Positions 46,883 to 58,389 of a stretch of DNA of 64,000 nt are shown here, one piece after another. The number at the start of each line of letters is the position of its first letter. Within the stretch, counting starts at the first letter, position 1. Position numbers and translations under genes: made by a program. The stretch covers positions 249,612-313,611 of the forward strand of contig CAWKNZ010000005.1 in NCBI GenBank assembly GCA_963851265.1. The letters run 5' to 3'. The stretch comes from an uncultured Gemmatimonadales bacterium. GTDB taxonomy: Bacteria > Gemmatimonadota > Gemmatimonadetes > Gemmatimonadales > Gemmatimonadaceae. A model generated the notes under the pieces. The model was not told where the DNA came from, ran no database searches, and saw only the letters and a program-made list of their open reading frames with translations.

Positions 46883-48373
46883 ATGTCCGTACCAGACGCC
46901 GTCCGCTCCACCCCTGCAGCGCCCACGCCCGACGGGCCCGTTTCCGCAGCGCCCGCGCGCGGCGCCGATCGGTTTCGGCTGTACAACACGATGACCCGCA
47001 CGGTCGAGCCGTTCGCGCCGGCCGACGGCCGCGTGGTGCGGCTCTACACGTGCGGCCCGACCGTCTACAACGCGGCGCATCTGGGCAACTTCCGCACGTT
47101 CCTCTTCGAGGACCTGCTGCGCCGCGCGCTGCGCCGCGCCGGCTGGGGCGTCGAGCAGGTGATGAACCTGACCGACGTGGACGACAAGATCATCCGGCGC
47201 GCGGGCGAGCAGGGGCGCACCATCGTCGAGGTCACCGACCCCGTGGTCGAGCTGTTTCAGCGCGACCGCGCTTGGCTGCGCATCGAGGCCGCCGAGCACT
47301 ATCCCCGCGCCACCGCGTACATCGCGGAGATGATCGCGCTCGTGGCGCGGCTCGAGGAACAAGGTGTCGCGTACCGGGCGGACGACGGCTCCGTCTATTT
47401 CGCGATCGACCGGTTCCCCGCGTACGGCCGGCTCTCGCGCCTCGACACCCGCGAGCTCAAGCCCGGCGCACGCGTCGCCCAGGACGATTACTCGAAGGAG
47501 AACGCGCAGGACTTCGCCCTGTGGAAGGCGGCGACCGAGCTGGACGAGGCGACCGGCGCGGCGTGGGATTCGCCGTGGGGCCGCGGGCGACCGGGCTGGC
47601 ACCTCGAGTGCTCCGCGATGGCGATGACCATCCTGGGCGAGACGATCGACCTGCATTGCGGCGGTATCGACCTCGTGTTTCCGCACCACGAGGACGAGAT
47701 CGCGCAGAGCGAGGCCGCGACCGGGCGCACGTTCAGCCGCGTCTGGGCGCACGGCGAGTTCCTGCTGGTCGAGGGCTCGAAGATGGCCAAGCGCATCGGC
47801 AACACGGTCACGGTCGAGCGCCTGCGCGAGGAGGGCTACTCTGCGGCCGCGATCCGCCACTTCGTCTGGGGCACGCACTACCGCAAGCAGCTCAACCTCA
47901 CGGACGAGGCGCTCGACGCGTCGAAGGAAGCGGTCCGCCGGATTGGCGAGTTCGCCGCCCGCCTCGCCGCCGTGACCGGCGGGACCCCCGCGCTCGGCGA
48001 AGCGGCCGCCGAGCTCGAGGCCGAGGTCGACACCGCGCTGTTCGACGACCTCAACGCGCCCGAGGCGTTAGGCGCGCTGTTCACGTTCGTCCGGCGTGCG
48101 AACGCGGAGCTGGACCGGGGCGGGGACGACCGCGCCGCGCTCGAGGCGGCGCGGCGCGCGTTCGCCGGCGTCGACGCCGTGCTCGACCTCGTGCCGGTCC
48201 GGGACGACGTGGACGCGGCGCTCGCGGAGTGGGTCGCGGAACGACTGCAGGCGCGCCGCGACGCGCGTGCGCGCCGTGATTTTGCGGCGGCCGACGCGAT
48301 CCGGGGCGAGTTGGAGGCGCGCGGGGTCGAGATCAAGGACACGCCGCAGGGCACGAGCTGGCAGGTGCGGTAG
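46883..48373 (+). CDS. cysS: Cysteine-tRNA ligase
   Basis: CGPTVY, HLGN, NLTDVDDKII, GRPGWHLECS, FPHHEDE, KMAK. Confidence 0.96.
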   Translation: MSVPDAVRSTPAAPTPDGPVSAAPARGADRFRLYNTMTRTVEPFAPADGRVVRLYTCGPTVYNAAHLGNFRTFLFEDLLRRALRRAGWGVEQVMNLTDVDDKIIRRAGEQGRTIVEVTDPVVELFQRDRAWLRIEAAEHYPRATAYIAEMIALVARLEEQGVAYRADDGSVYFAIDRFPAYGRLSRLDTRELKPGARVAQDDYSKENAQDFALWKAATELDEATGAAWDSPWGRGRPGWHLECSAMAMTILGETIDLHCGGIDLVFPHHEDEIAQSEAATGRTFSRVWAHGEFLLVEGSKMAKRIGNTVTVERLREEGYSAAAIRHFVWGTHYRKQLNLTDEALDASKEAVRRIGEFAARLAAVTGGTPALGEAAAELEAEVDTALFDDLNAPEALGALFTFVRRANAELDRGGDDRAALEAARRAFAGVDAVLDLVPVRDDVDAALAEWVAERLQARRDARARRDFAAADAIRGELEARGVEIKDTPQGTSWQVR

Positions 48374-48481
48374 TCCGCGTCCTCGCGTCTCGCGTTCCTG
48401 GGACCGCGGGGCCGACGCGTCGGACGCGATCGACCGGCTTGCGCGCGGTCCGGCCGCCGGCGTAGCGTTCTCCCGGGACGC

Positions 48482-48554
48482 GCCGGCGTAGCTCAGTTGG
48501 TAGAGCACTCGATTTGTAATCGAGCGGTCGTCGGTTCGAATCCGACCGTCGGCT
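48482..48554 (+). tRNA. tRNA-Thr(TGT)
   Basis: Cloverleaf, anticodon arm CTCGA-TTTGTAA-TCGAG, GTTCGAATC; CCA not encoded. Confidence 0.95.
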
Positions 48555-48613
48555 TCCGCGCGTGGCGAACGGGCTGGAAATCCGCCCCGGGATGGCGTAA
48601 GATCCCGGTCCCC

Positions 48614-48696
48614 GGTGGGGTACTCAAGTGGCCAACGAGAGCAGACTGTAAATCTGCCGGTGTAAACCTTCGAAGGTTCGAATCCTTCCCCCACCA
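48614..48696 (+). tRNA. tRNA-Tyr(GTA)
   Basis: GCAGA-CTGTAAA-TCTGC, long variable arm, GGTGGGG/CCCCACC acceptor stem. Confidence 0.95.
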
Positions 48697-48758
48697 CTGC
48701 CGGCGCGCCCTTGCTCGATTCGGGTTGCGCCGGCTTGCTTTTGTAATCGCGCGAGCTC

Positions 48759-48831
48759 GCGGGAGTAGCTCAGTTGGTAGAGCACTAGCCTTCCAAGCTT
48801 GTGGTCGCGGGTTCGAGTCCCGTCTCCCGCT
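48759..48831 (+). tRNA. tRNA-Gly(TCC)
   Basis: GCGGGAG/CTCCCGC acceptor stem, loop CTTCCAA, GTTCGAGTC. Confidence 0.95.
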
Positions 48832-48844
48832 CGTCGTAGGACAA

Positions 48845-48889
48845 CGAGTCAGGCCCCGTCCGGCGTCGGCGCCGGCGGGGCCTACTCGT
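48845..48889. terminator. Stem-loop after tRNA-Gly
   Basis: ACGAGT-C-AGGCCCCG...CGGGGCCT-ACTCGT. Confidence 0.5.
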
Positions 48890-49001
48890 AGGTGTTGCAC
48901 GAGGGAATGCGAGACGTCCTGGCGCCCGCCGACGTCACACCGCCCACTCACCGAACCCAGTCCCGGCGTGGGCCGGACTCCGCCGCGTCCGCTGCCGTAC
49001 G

Positions 49002-50249
49002 TTAGGCTGCGGTCGCGCGCTCGACGGCGAGGCCCAGCGCGGGCGTGCCCGGCATGGCATCGCGCGCGGGCGCGACCTTTCGTGACGGGCCACGGTCGCG
49101 CAGCCATCTGCGGGCGGGCTCCTCGACCCATCGGAACACGGCGAGCGACGACACGACCGCGACCGCGACGACGCCGACGTCCATGATTGGCGAGAGCGCG
49201 CCCACGCCAAGCGCGTGCGCTACCGTCTGCATGATGGCCCGGATCGGCTCATGAAGGAGGTACAGGGCGAAGCTCGCCTCACCGAGCGCCACGAGCGCCG
49301 GGTTCGCGAAACACCGCGCGCTCCAGCCGCGACGGTAGGCCGCCGCGATCACGAGGGCGGCGAACGCCGGCGCGAGGAGGCCGCTATGCACCAGCGGGTA
49401 CGGAACCCGTCCGTCGAGCGCGAGCACGGCCACCACGGCGGCCAGCGCGGCCGCGCCGACGGAGCGCACGATCGCCGGCGGCGTGCCTTCGAAGCGGGCC
49501 GTCGCGAAGGTACGGCCGCATGCGACGCCGAGGATGAATTCGCCGAGGTGCACCGGAGGCGCGTAGCGCAGGGCGTCGAGCCAGAAGCCCGCACTCGCGT
49601 ACGTGGTGTGCGCGATGCCATCGGGCGCGAGCGCGAGGTACGCGGCCGGCGCGAGCAGCGCGGTCGCCCACGCCACGACTCCGACGAAGACGGCACCGCG
49701 GCGCGGGACACGCGCGAGCCCCAGCGCGATCGCCGGAAAGAGGGCGTAGAAGAACGCTTCGACCGAGAGCGACCACCCGGCGCAGTTCCACGCGCAGGTC
49801 GCCGGCGGCCACCAGCCCTGCAGGAGCGCCGGTGCGAGCAGTGCCGCCACGCGGGTTCCGGCGCTCGCGACGCCGTCGATCGGCGCGTGCCGCAGCCCCA
49901 GTAGTACGTTCGGCGCGGCGACCAGGAGCGCGAGCAGGTACACCGGGTAGACGCGCGCGACGCGCGCCCACCAAAACTCGCGTGCGGGGCCGCGCATCCG
50001 GCCCTCGTCGTCGAGGTACGTGTACGCGAGGATGAACCCGCTCAGCACGAAGAAGAACGAGACGCCGACGTAGCCGGCTCGCACGACGCGGGCGACTGCG
50101 CCGCCGTCACTGGCGAGCCGCGGCGCGCAGTAATGGAACGCCACGACGCCGACGGCCGCGAGGGCTCGAAGGCCGGTGAGGCCGGGGAGGACCGGGCGGC
50201 GGCTTGCGATCGGCGCAGGGTGGGGAGATCGAGGCGGCGGGGCGTCCAT
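49002..50249 (-). CDS. Acyltransferase family 3 (OafA-like) membrane protein
   Basis: LTGLRALAA.GVV.FH, GVSFFFVLSGF, R.ARVYP, WSLSVE.FFY, SFALYL.H. Confidence 0.9.
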   Translation of the reverse strand: MDAPPPRSPHPAPIASRRPVLPGLTGLRALAAVGVVAFHYCAPRLASDGGAVARVVRAGYVGVSFFFVLSGFILAYTYLDDEGRMRGPAREFWWARVARVYPVYLLALLVAAPNVLLGLRHAPIDGVASAGTRVAALLAPALLQGWWPPATCAWNCAGWSLSVEAFFYALFPAIALGLARVPRRGAVFVGVVAWATALLAPAAYLALAPDGIAHTTYASAGFWLDALRYAPPVHLGEFILGVACGRTFATARFEGTPPAIVRSVGAAALAAVVAVLALDGRVPYPLVHSGLLAPAFAALVIAAAYRRGWSARCFANPALVALGEASFALYLLHEPIRAIMQTVAHALGVGALSPIMDVGVVAVAVVSSLAVFRWVEEPARRWLRDRGPSRKVAPARDAMPGTPALGLAVERATAA

Positions 50250-50838
50250 GGAGTGAACGGCGAGGTGTACGAGGCGGGCCGCAGCGCACCGTTCGGCGCC
50301 GCGAGGCGACCGTGGCAGGCTCCGAGGTCGTGAGACGGCTCGACGTCTCGCGCGACGCGATCGGAGGACCGGGGGCCGACGGCGCCGTGCGCGGGTGGAC
50401 GCGCGACCGTGTCACGATGCCACGGCGTCGATCTCACGCGAGCAATACGCGGCAACGTTGCATGTGGCAACGCCGCGCGGACGTGCGCCTCCTCGGCGGA
50501 GTCCTCGCCACACCCCCGCGGACGCCCGACCGCTGCGCGCGGTGCCACCGCCTCGGCTGCGCGTCCGCCCGCGCCAGCCGCCGCGTGTTCGTGGTGTGCC
50601 CGCCGATTCCGACCTCGCGCCCTCGAACGCGCGTCGGCGCGAGAACGAGGCTGAACGTCACGCCGCGGGCGAGCCGAACACGCATCCGCACGACGGGTGC
50701 GCGTCGCAGGCTCGTCGGGCCCACCCTACCCCCGCTTTCATCCGTGCCTCGCCGTCGTCGGCACTCCAGGCCTAACGCCGGCGTGCTGGGCGCGGGTGGG
50801 ACACGACGCCAGGCGAGGCGACGATCACGCTGGCATGC

Positions 50839-51684
50839 TCAAAACCGCACCGCGTACCCGACCTCGGTCCCCCCACCGCCCGCCGCCCCGATGCTCGGCA
50901 ACAACCGTCGCTCCAGCAGCGCGTCGGGGTGCGTGCGCCCGTATCGCGCCACCACACCCCCGACCACCGTTCCGACGCCCGCGCCCGCGAGCACGTCGCT
51001 CGCCCAGTGCGCGTCGTGGTAGACCCGCGACGCCCCCACCAGCGCCGCCATTCCAAAGCCGAGCGGGGCGGTGAAGCGGTTGAGCCGCGGCCACCGCACG
51101 CGCCCTTCACCCGCGAGTGCGGCCGCGAGCGCGAACGACGCCGTCGCGTGCCCCGAGGGGAACGACTGGTACGCGTCCCCGCGCCGAAGTCCGCGCCCCA
51201 ACGCGAAGTTCGTCGCGTCGCTGTCGTGCGACACGAACGGGCGCGCGCGTCCCGCCACCGCCTTGATCACCGTCGTCACGACACTCGCCGCGAACACCGC
51301 CTCGCCGGTATGCAGCCCGACCGTTGCCGCGGCGCGGTCGTGCGCGAGAAGGCCGACGCCGTACGTGACCACCGGAATCGCGACCGCGCCCGGACCGCCG
51401 AGCGTGCGGACGAACGACGCCGCGTGGTCGACCGCGCCGTTGTCGTGCAGTGACGGACGCTGGCTCCACCGCGCGATGCGCCGATCCGCCGGTGCGACCG
51501 CGAGCGCGGCCGCCGCGAAGGCACCGAGCGTGACCACGTCGCGCCCGCCGATGAGCGCGTCGCGACGCGCCGAGTCCGGCGGTGGTGCTGCGGCGACTTG
51601 GGCCGCGGCCGGCGCAGGCTGGATGACGAACTGCGGGGCGAGGACGAGCGAAATGGCGACGACGAGGCGACGGGCTGGCGACAC
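50839..51684 (-). CDS. PAP2-family phosphatase (start approximate)
   Basis: K.VAGRARP, SFPSGH, SRVYHDAHWASD; upstream TATCTT at 51716-51721 on the minus strand. Confidence 0.82.
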   Translation of the reverse strand: MSPARRLVVAISLVLAPQFVIQPAPAAAQVAAAPPPDSARRDALIGGRDVVTLGAFAAAALAVAPADRRIARWSQRPSLHDNGAVDHAASFVRTLGGPGAVAIPVVTYGVGLLAHDRAAATVGLHTGEAVFAASVVTTVIKAVAGRARPFVSHDSDATNFALGRGLRRGDAYQSFPSGHATASFALAAALAGEGRVRWPRLNRFTAPLGFGMAALVGASRVYHDAHWASDVLAGAGVGTVVGGVVARYGRTHPDALLERRLLPSIGAAGGGGTEVGYAVRF

Positions 51685-51789
51685 GAGATCGGGTGTTGGG
51701 ATGACGTTGGGCGCGAAGATAGCAAACGCCGGGCGCCGCCAACTGGTCCCGGTCGTGCGTTGGGCGGCGATCATCCCCCGCGTCCCTCG

Positions 51790-52461
51790 ATGTCGATTCG
51801 TTCCACGCCACCCGCCATCCAACACCGCCCCCGGCGCGACTGGGCCGCCGCGGGCGCGACCGCGGCCGTTGGACTCGCCACCACCGCCGGCCTCGGCGGC
51901 GAGGTGTACGATCGCGGCCCCGGGAGTTTCGACGTGCGCGTGCACGACTGGGCCGTCGCGCATCGCGCGCCTGGTCTCCTCGTCGGGTTCGAGTGGGTCA
52001 CGCGCATCGGCGAGCCGGCCGTCGTGGTCGCGATCGCCGTCGCGACCGCGATCTGGTTGTGGCGCGTCGGCGCGCGCCATGCCGCAATCGTGCTCGCATC
52101 CGCGCCGGTGACGGCGGTGATCGTCTTCAACGTGGTCAAGCAGCTCGTGCACCGCGCACGACCGGTCGGTGGCCTGCTGCTGCGCGCCGCGACCTACTCC
52201 TTCCCGAGCGGGCATTCGGTGGTCTCGGCCGCGGCTTTCGGGAGCCTCGCGTGGGTGCTCGCGCGCGAGTCGATTCTCTCCTGGCGCGTCGCGACCCTGC
52301 TCGCGGTGCTCTGCCCGCTGCTCATCGGCGTCAGTCGCATCTACCTCGGCGTGCACTGGGCGACTGACGTGCTCGGTGGCTGGTGTCTGGGATTCGCCAT
52401 TGCCGCGCTCTGGATCGGGGGCTACGAACGTGTCCGGGGTCGCGCGTCTACCGCGCGGTGA
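51790..52461 (+). CDS. PAP2-family membrane phosphatase
   Basis: KQLVHRARP, SFPSGH, SRIYLGVHWATD. Confidence 0.88.
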   Translation: MSIRSTPPAIQHRPRRDWAAAGATAAVGLATTAGLGGEVYDRGPGSFDVRVHDWAVAHRAPGLLVGFEWVTRIGEPAVVVAIAVATAIWLWRVGARHAAIVLASAPVTAVIVFNVVKQLVHRARPVGGLLLRAATYSFPSGHSVVSAAAFGSLAWVLARESILSWRVATLLAVLCPLLIGVSRIYLGVHWATDVLGGWCLGFAIAALWIGGYERVRGRASTAR

Positions 52462-52559
52462 GCGCTGGCAGGAAATCCCCGCGCTCATGGTCGCGGTGCG
52501 CGGGCCCGAGGACCGTTCATCACCTCGCGCCCCACGCGCCCGTTCCGGACGCGCCGCGC

Positions 52560-53924
52560 TCAGCGTCGGGCCGGCGGCGTGAGGGGCGGCGGGGCCGGCA
52601 CGGTCGCGACCAGCGATCGGTGCCCGTTCGCTCCGACCGCGCGCACGCCCGCCCAACGATCGTCGAGCTGCTCGTTCAGCAGGTACGTCGTCGCGTTGCC
52701 CGCAGCAATCACCCGCTCCCACGTGGGCGCGTAGGTCGCCCGCGTCACGATCTCGTAGCCCGTCGCTCCGGGCACCGGCTTCCACGACAGCGTCCACGCC
52801 TGCCCGCCCGATGCGGCGTCGCGGCGGAACGCGGCCGAGTCGGGCGTCGCCGGCGCGCTCGCGAGCGCGCCGACGAGCGCGCCGTTCAGTCGCGCGACCC
52901 CGGCCACGTAGTCGAAATCCACGTGCGCGAGGTCGTCGGTCGGTAGGTGCTGACGCTTGTAGTTCTCGAGCCGCTCGGTGAACCGGATCGCCGCGTCGCC
53001 GCGCCGCGCGAACGGGGCGTGGTCACCCCCGCGCCCGATCCGATCGAGCCGAAACACGGGCACCACGTCCAGCCCCGGGCGGTACAGCTCCGACACCGCC
53101 CACGTGAGTCGACCCAACTCGCGCGCCGGCCCGTTGTCTGGGTCCGGCGTGAACGTCCGCACCGTACGCGCATCCCGCACGCCCGTTTCGGCGACCACGT
53201 TCCCGACGATGTCGTCCGTGATCCCCGCCGTCACCCGATACCCCGCCGCGTGGAGCCGCGCCGCGAGGTGCTCCGAGCCCAGCAGCCCCTGCTCTTCGCC
53301 CGCGTAGAGCGCGAAGATGACAGTCGCGTTCATCCCGTGCGGATATCGCTTGCTGAACGCACGCGCGAGCTCCAACACGGCCGCGCTCCCGCTCGCGTCG
53401 TCGTCCGAGCCCGGCGCGTCGCTCGTCGAGTCGTTCGCGTTGATGGAGCAGATGCACGAGTCGTAGTGCCCGCCCATCACGATCACTCGCGTCGTGTCGC
53501 GCCCCGGGAGCCAGGCGAGCACGTTCACCACGTTCACGGTCGGCCGCGCAGGGTGCCGCGCGACTTCGATCATCGCCGGGTCGTACTCGACGCGAAGGCA
53601 GCCGCCGCACGCGCGACTCGCCGCCTGCAACTGCGCGTACAGGTACCGCCGCGCCGCACCGATTCCGCGCGTGGCCGATGTCGTGTCGCTCATCGTGTGC
53701 CGCGTGCCGAACGCCACGAGCGTCGAGTCGGTCGCCCGAAGCGCCGCGGGGCGCACGTCCGCGAGCAACGCCGCGAGCTGCGCGTCGCGCGCGAGCCCGA
53801 TCGTGTGCGCGCCGGTGCCGACACCCGGCGTCGACTGCGCGGCAGCGGGCGCGCCGTAGACTGCGGCGGCGCCGACTACCGCCGCGATCGCCGCACGGCG
53901 AGCCACGACCGGGCCACGCATCAT
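52560..53924 (-). CDS. Secreted M28-family metallopeptidase
   Basis: FGTRHT.S, GGHYDS, PG.DDDASG, GEEQGL.GS, RGGDH.PF. Confidence 0.88.
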   Translation of the reverse strand: MMRGPVVARRAAIAAVVGAAAVYGAPAAAQSTPGVGTGAHTIGLARDAQLAALLADVRPAALRATDSTLVAFGTRHTMSDTTSATRGIGAARRYLYAQLQAASRACGGCLRVEYDPAMIEVARHPARPTVNVVNVLAWLPGRDTTRVIVMGGHYDSCICSINANDSTSDAPGSDDDASGSAAVLELARAFSKRYPHGMNATVIFALYAGEEQGLLGSEHLAARLHAAGYRVTAGITDDIVGNVVAETGVRDARTVRTFTPDPDNGPARELGRLTWAVSELYRPGLDVVPVFRLDRIGRGGDHAPFARRGDAAIRFTERLENYKRQHLPTDDLAHVDFDYVAGVARLNGALVGALASAPATPDSAAFRRDAASGGQAWTLSWKPVPGATGYEIVTRATYAPTWERVIAAGNATTYLLNEQLDDRWAGVRAVGANGHRSLVATVPAPPPLTPPARR

Positions 53925-54967
53925 CGTTCGACGACGAGCATCTGGAACGACCCCGGCACCATGGCCGGCCGCGGACGCGGCTGCGCGGTCGTCGCGGCCG
54001 GCGCCGCCCCGAACTCGGCCGTGACCACGTATACGCGGTGGTGTACCGGATCGACGGCGAGCGTGCGCGCGCCGCGCTTCGTCTGCACCGTCTGTGCGAC
54101 GCGCCACTTGTCGCCGCCCGAGTCGCGCACGACCGTCAGCGTGCCGTCACCCGCCGAGACGAACACGTCGCCGGCCCCCTCGTCGAAGCCGACCGCGTCC
54201 ACGCCCTCCCCGACCGGCAGCGTCGCGATCTGACGTCCCGTCGCAGCATCGTGCACCGTCATGACCTTGTTCCCGCAGCCGACGAACAGCCGCCCGCGCT
54301 TGGCGTCGATCGCCAGCCCGCTCGGCTCGTCGCACCCGGCGACCTTGGTCCGCCGCGTGACGGCGAGCGTCCGGGTGTTCACGGCGATCAACTCGGCCGT
54401 CGTCTCGTTGTTCACGTACAGCATGCCGCGTCCGTCGAACGCCACGAACTCGGGCTTTCCGCCGAGCGGCACGGAGCCGACGATCTTCCCCGTCCGGGCG
54501 TCGAGCGCGGTCATGTTCTCGCCGCGCCCGTTGAAGGTGAACACGCGCTTGGACGCGGGGTCGTAGCCGATCGCGTCCGGGTTGGCGCCCGTCGGGCCGA
54601 AGCGGCCCAGCGGTGCGAGAGTCCGGAGGTCGAACGCCGTGACGCTCGAGTCGCGCCCATTGCTGGTGAACCCGCGGCCGAGGTCGTCGGCGATCGCGAT
54701 TCCGTGCACGCCCGGGGTGTTGGCGACCTCGCCGGCGGCCGAGTCGCGCGTGAGGTCGACCACCATCACGTGCGTGCCGCGGCTGATGTAGAGTCGGTTC
54801 GTCGCGCTGTCGACGGTCAGGTAATCCCACCCGCCCTCGCCGCCGAGTGGAACGGTTCGGGTGACGCGGTAGGACGCGGTGGGCGACGGCGCCGCGGTCT
54901 GGGCGGCGGCGGTCCCAGCCGCGAAAGACGCTGGAGCGAGCAGCGCGAGAGCGTGAACGGTGCGCAC
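53921..54967 (-). CDS. Secreted YncE-like beta-propeller protein
   Basis: Signal peptide, GGEGGWDYL, repeated blades (GVHGIA, NPDAI.YD, P.GLAID). Confidence 0.82.
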   Translation of the reverse strand: MRTVHALALLAPASFAAGTAAAQTAAPSPTASYRVTRTVPLGGEGGWDYLTVDSATNRLYISRGTHVMVVDLTRDSAAGEVANTPGVHGIAIADDLGRGFTSNGRDSSVTAFDLRTLAPLGRFGPTGANPDAIGYDPASKRVFTFNGRGENMTALDARTGKIVGSVPLGGKPEFVAFDGRGMLYVNNETTAELIAVNTRTLAVTRRTKVAGCDEPSGLAIDAKRGRLFVGCGNKVMTVHDAATGRQIATLPVGEGVDAVGFDEGAGDVFVSAGDGTLTVVRDSGGDKWRVAQTVQTKRGARTLAVDPVHHRVYVVTAEFGAAPAATTAQPRPRPAMVPGSFQMLVVER

Positions 54968-55109
54968 GGTCGGAAAGGGCCGGGGAAAGGTCGGTTGAGC
55001 AATGCGGCGCCGACGACGCGAAGTGACGCGCGGTCGACCCAGCACCAATCATGCGCGGCCGAACATCACGCCAGCCTCACACCGTCGTGCACGGCGACTC
55101 GCCCCGGCC

Positions 55110-55138
55110 TTGCCCGCCGTCGCGGGTCCGCGTACGTT
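55110..55138 (+). promoter_or_regulatory. Sigma70-type promoter for tRNA-Thr-tuf
   Basis: TTGCCC-N17-TACGTT. Confidence 0.55.
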
Positions 55139-55177
55139 TGGAAGCTCGCCCGCTACGACCGGGGCGATGCCCGGTTC

Positions 55178-55250
55178 GCTCACGTAGCTCAGTTGGTAGA
55201 GCACACCCTTGGTAAGGGTGAGGTCATCGGTTCAATCCCGATCGTGAGCT
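55178..55250 (+). tRNA. tRNA-Thr(GGT)
   Basis: GCTCACG/CGTGAGC acceptor stem, CACCC-TTGGTAA-GGGTG anticodon arm. Confidence 0.95.
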
Positions 55251-55480
55251 CTGCGCCGCCCGCCCCGTCACGCGCGTTCGCGTCTGACTTTGTGGGGTAC
55301 GGGTGCGCCGCCCGCACCGTTCGTGCTGCCCGCTGAGGCGCCGGACGCGGTGCGGGCGTAGCCACGTCTGGTGTCACCGCGACGGGAAGTTGCCGCGGAC
55401 GGATCCGGCGACCGCAGCGCAGTGCGCGCCCGGCTGCCCCAGGCGTTTACCCACCTCTGACTGACTCGGAAGACTGATCC

Positions 55481-56674
<1,194 letters not shown>

Positions 56675-56693
56675 CCTCGCGGGTATCACCGAC

Positions 56694-56741
56694 AAGCGGG
56701 GGGCGGGTGCGCGAGCGGCGCTCGCGACCTGCCCCCCGCTT
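56694..56741 (+). terminator. GC-rich stem-loop after tuf
   Basis: AAGCGGGGGGCGGGT...ACCTGCCCCCCGCTT. Confidence 0.5.
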
Positions 56742-56787
56742 CCCGCTATTCCGCCTCGTCGCTTTTCCAGCTTCCTAGAGACGCCCC

Positions 56788-56940
56788 ATGCCGCGCGACA
56801 AGATCATCCTCGGGTGCACCGAGTGTAAGAGCCGCAACTACTTCACCACCAAGAACAAGCGCCTCCACCCGGAGCGCGTCGAGTGGAAGAAGTACTGCCC
56901 CCGCTGCGACAAGCACCAGACCCACAAGGAAACGAAGTAA
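56788..56940 (+). CDS. rpmG: 50S ribosomal protein L33 (zinc-binding form; absent from the ORF track)
   Basis: [50 protein letters not shown]. Confidence 0.95.
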   Translation: MPRDKIILGCTECKSRNYFTTKNKRLHPERVEWKKYCPRCDKHQTHKETK

Positions 56941-56942
56941 CG

Positions 56943-57275
56943 ATGGCGACGACCGACGTCGTGTCGCAGCCCGGACGCACCCCGAACGGCGCGCCGAAGG
57001 CGGGCTCGCCCGCGGGCGGGGCGCGCCCGGGCGCGGGCCCCGCGACGCCGGCCGGCCCCACCGGCGTCGCGCGCGTCGCGCAGTTCTACCACGACGTGCT
57101 CGCCGAGATGAAGCGCGTCACCTGGCCGGACCGCAAGGAACTGCAGGACTCGACGGTCCGGATCATCGTCTTCGTGCTCTTCCTCGGCGCGCTCATCGCG
57201 CTCATGGACATCGCCCTGCAGTTCCTGCTCATCCGCCTGCCGCAGCTCCTGCTCGGCGGCGGCGCGGGCCGTTAG
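56943..57275 (+). CDS. secE: Preprotein translocase subunit SecE
   Basis: EMKRVTWP.RKEL followed by one TM; synteny. Confidence 0.93.
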   Translation: MATTDVVSQPGRTPNGAPKAGSPAGGARPGAGPATPAGPTGVARVAQFYHDVLAEMKRVTWPDRKELQDSTVRIIVFVLFLGALIALMDIALQFLLIRLPQLLLGGGAGR

Positions 57276-57320
57276 GCCACCGCGCCCTCGTTAGGCACTC
57301 CCGAACACGACCGACCCGCC

Positions 57321-57860
57321 GTGGACCACCGTTGGTACGCCATCCAGACGACGTCTGGGCACGAGAACAAGGTCAAGTCGCTGCTGCAGCGCAAGATCGA
57401 CGCGGACCAGCGCGCTCCCGACGAGCGCCCGATCCGCCAGGCGCTCGTGCCGACGCAGGAGGCGATCGAGGTCAAGAACGGCAAGAAGGTCCCCGTCGAG
57501 CGCAAGATTTACCCGGGGTACGTGCTGGTCGAGATGCTCATGAACCAGGACACCCTGCACGTCATCAACGGCATCCAGGGCGTCATCAAGATGGTCGGCC
57601 ACGACAAGCTGCCGATGGCCCTGCGCCCCGAAGAAGTCAACCGCCTGCTCGGCATCGCCGAGGCGGAAGAGGCGGCGCCGAAAGAGGAGATCCCGTTCCT
57701 CGTCGGACAGGCCGTCCAGATCACCGAGGGCCCGTTCACCGACTTCTCCGGCACCGTCGAAGAAGTCGTCCCCGACAAGGGCAAGGTCCGCGTGAGCGTC
57801 TCGCTCTTCGGCCGCCCCACGTCGGTGGAGCTCGACTACTTGCAGTTGAAGGGCTACTGA
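57321..57860 (+). CDS. nusG: Transcription factor NusG
   Basis: WYAIQT.SG.ENKV, YPGYVLV, KOW GPFTDF.G, LFGRPT. Confidence 0.97.
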   Translation: MDHRWYAIQTTSGHENKVKSLLQRKIDADQRAPDERPIRQALVPTQEAIEVKNGKKVPVERKIYPGYVLVEMLMNQDTLHVINGIQGVIKMVGHDKLPMALRPEEVNRLLGIAEAEEAAPKEEIPFLVGQAVQITEGPFTDFSGTVEEVVPDKGKVRVSVSLFGRPTSVELDYLQLKGY

Positions 57861-57966
57861 CCCAGTAGCGACGGGCCGCGAGGCCCGACGTCGGCCACCG
57901 CTCCGACGGTAATCCGAGCGGGAGTGACGGGCGCGCGACGGCGCGTCCCCCACGCCATGGAGAGTT

Positions 57967-58389
57967 ATGGCCAAAAAGGTAACCGGGTTCGTCAAGCTGC
58001 AGATCCCGGCCGGCAAGGCGACACCCGCCCCGCCGGTCGGCACCGCGCTCGGCCCCCAGGGGATCAACATCATGGCCTTCGTCAAGGAGTTCAACGCCCG
58101 GACGCAAGGTCAGGACACGATCCTCCCGGTGGAGGTCACGATCTACGGGGATAAGAGCTTCACCTTCATCCTCAAGACGCCCCCCACCGCCGTGCTCCTC
58201 AAGAAGGAGCTCGGGCTGGAGAAGGGGTCGGGCACGCCCAACAAGACCAAGGTCGGTTCGGTGACGCAGGCGCAGCTCCGCAAGATCGCCGAGATCAAGA
58301 TGCCCGACCTCAACTGCGACACCATCGAGAGCGCGGTCGCCATGGTGGCCGGCGCGGCGCGCTCGATGGGCGTCACGGTGGCCGACTGA
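57967..58389 (+). CDS. rplK: 50S ribosomal protein L11
   Basis: [20 protein letters not shown]. Confidence 0.98.
   Translation: MAKKVTGFVKLQIPAGKATPAPPVGTALGPQGINIMAFVKEFNARTQGQDTILPVEVTIYGDKSFTFILKTPPTAVLLKKELGLEKGSGTPNKTKVGSVTQAQLRKIAEIKMPDLNCDTIESAVAMVAGAARSMGVTVAD

Noticed and set aside
48455..48492. 12-nt duplication (CGCCGGCGTAGC) of the tRNA-Thr 5' end just upstream
   Set aside because: Short and GC-rich, overlaps the likely -10 box, and att duplications normally involve the 3' end.
50250..50838. ~590-bp gap with a small palindrome (CGTTGC-N5-GCAACG) and several short ORFs
   Set aside because: No ORF with convincing codon pattern or motif; the palindrome is too short to support alone.
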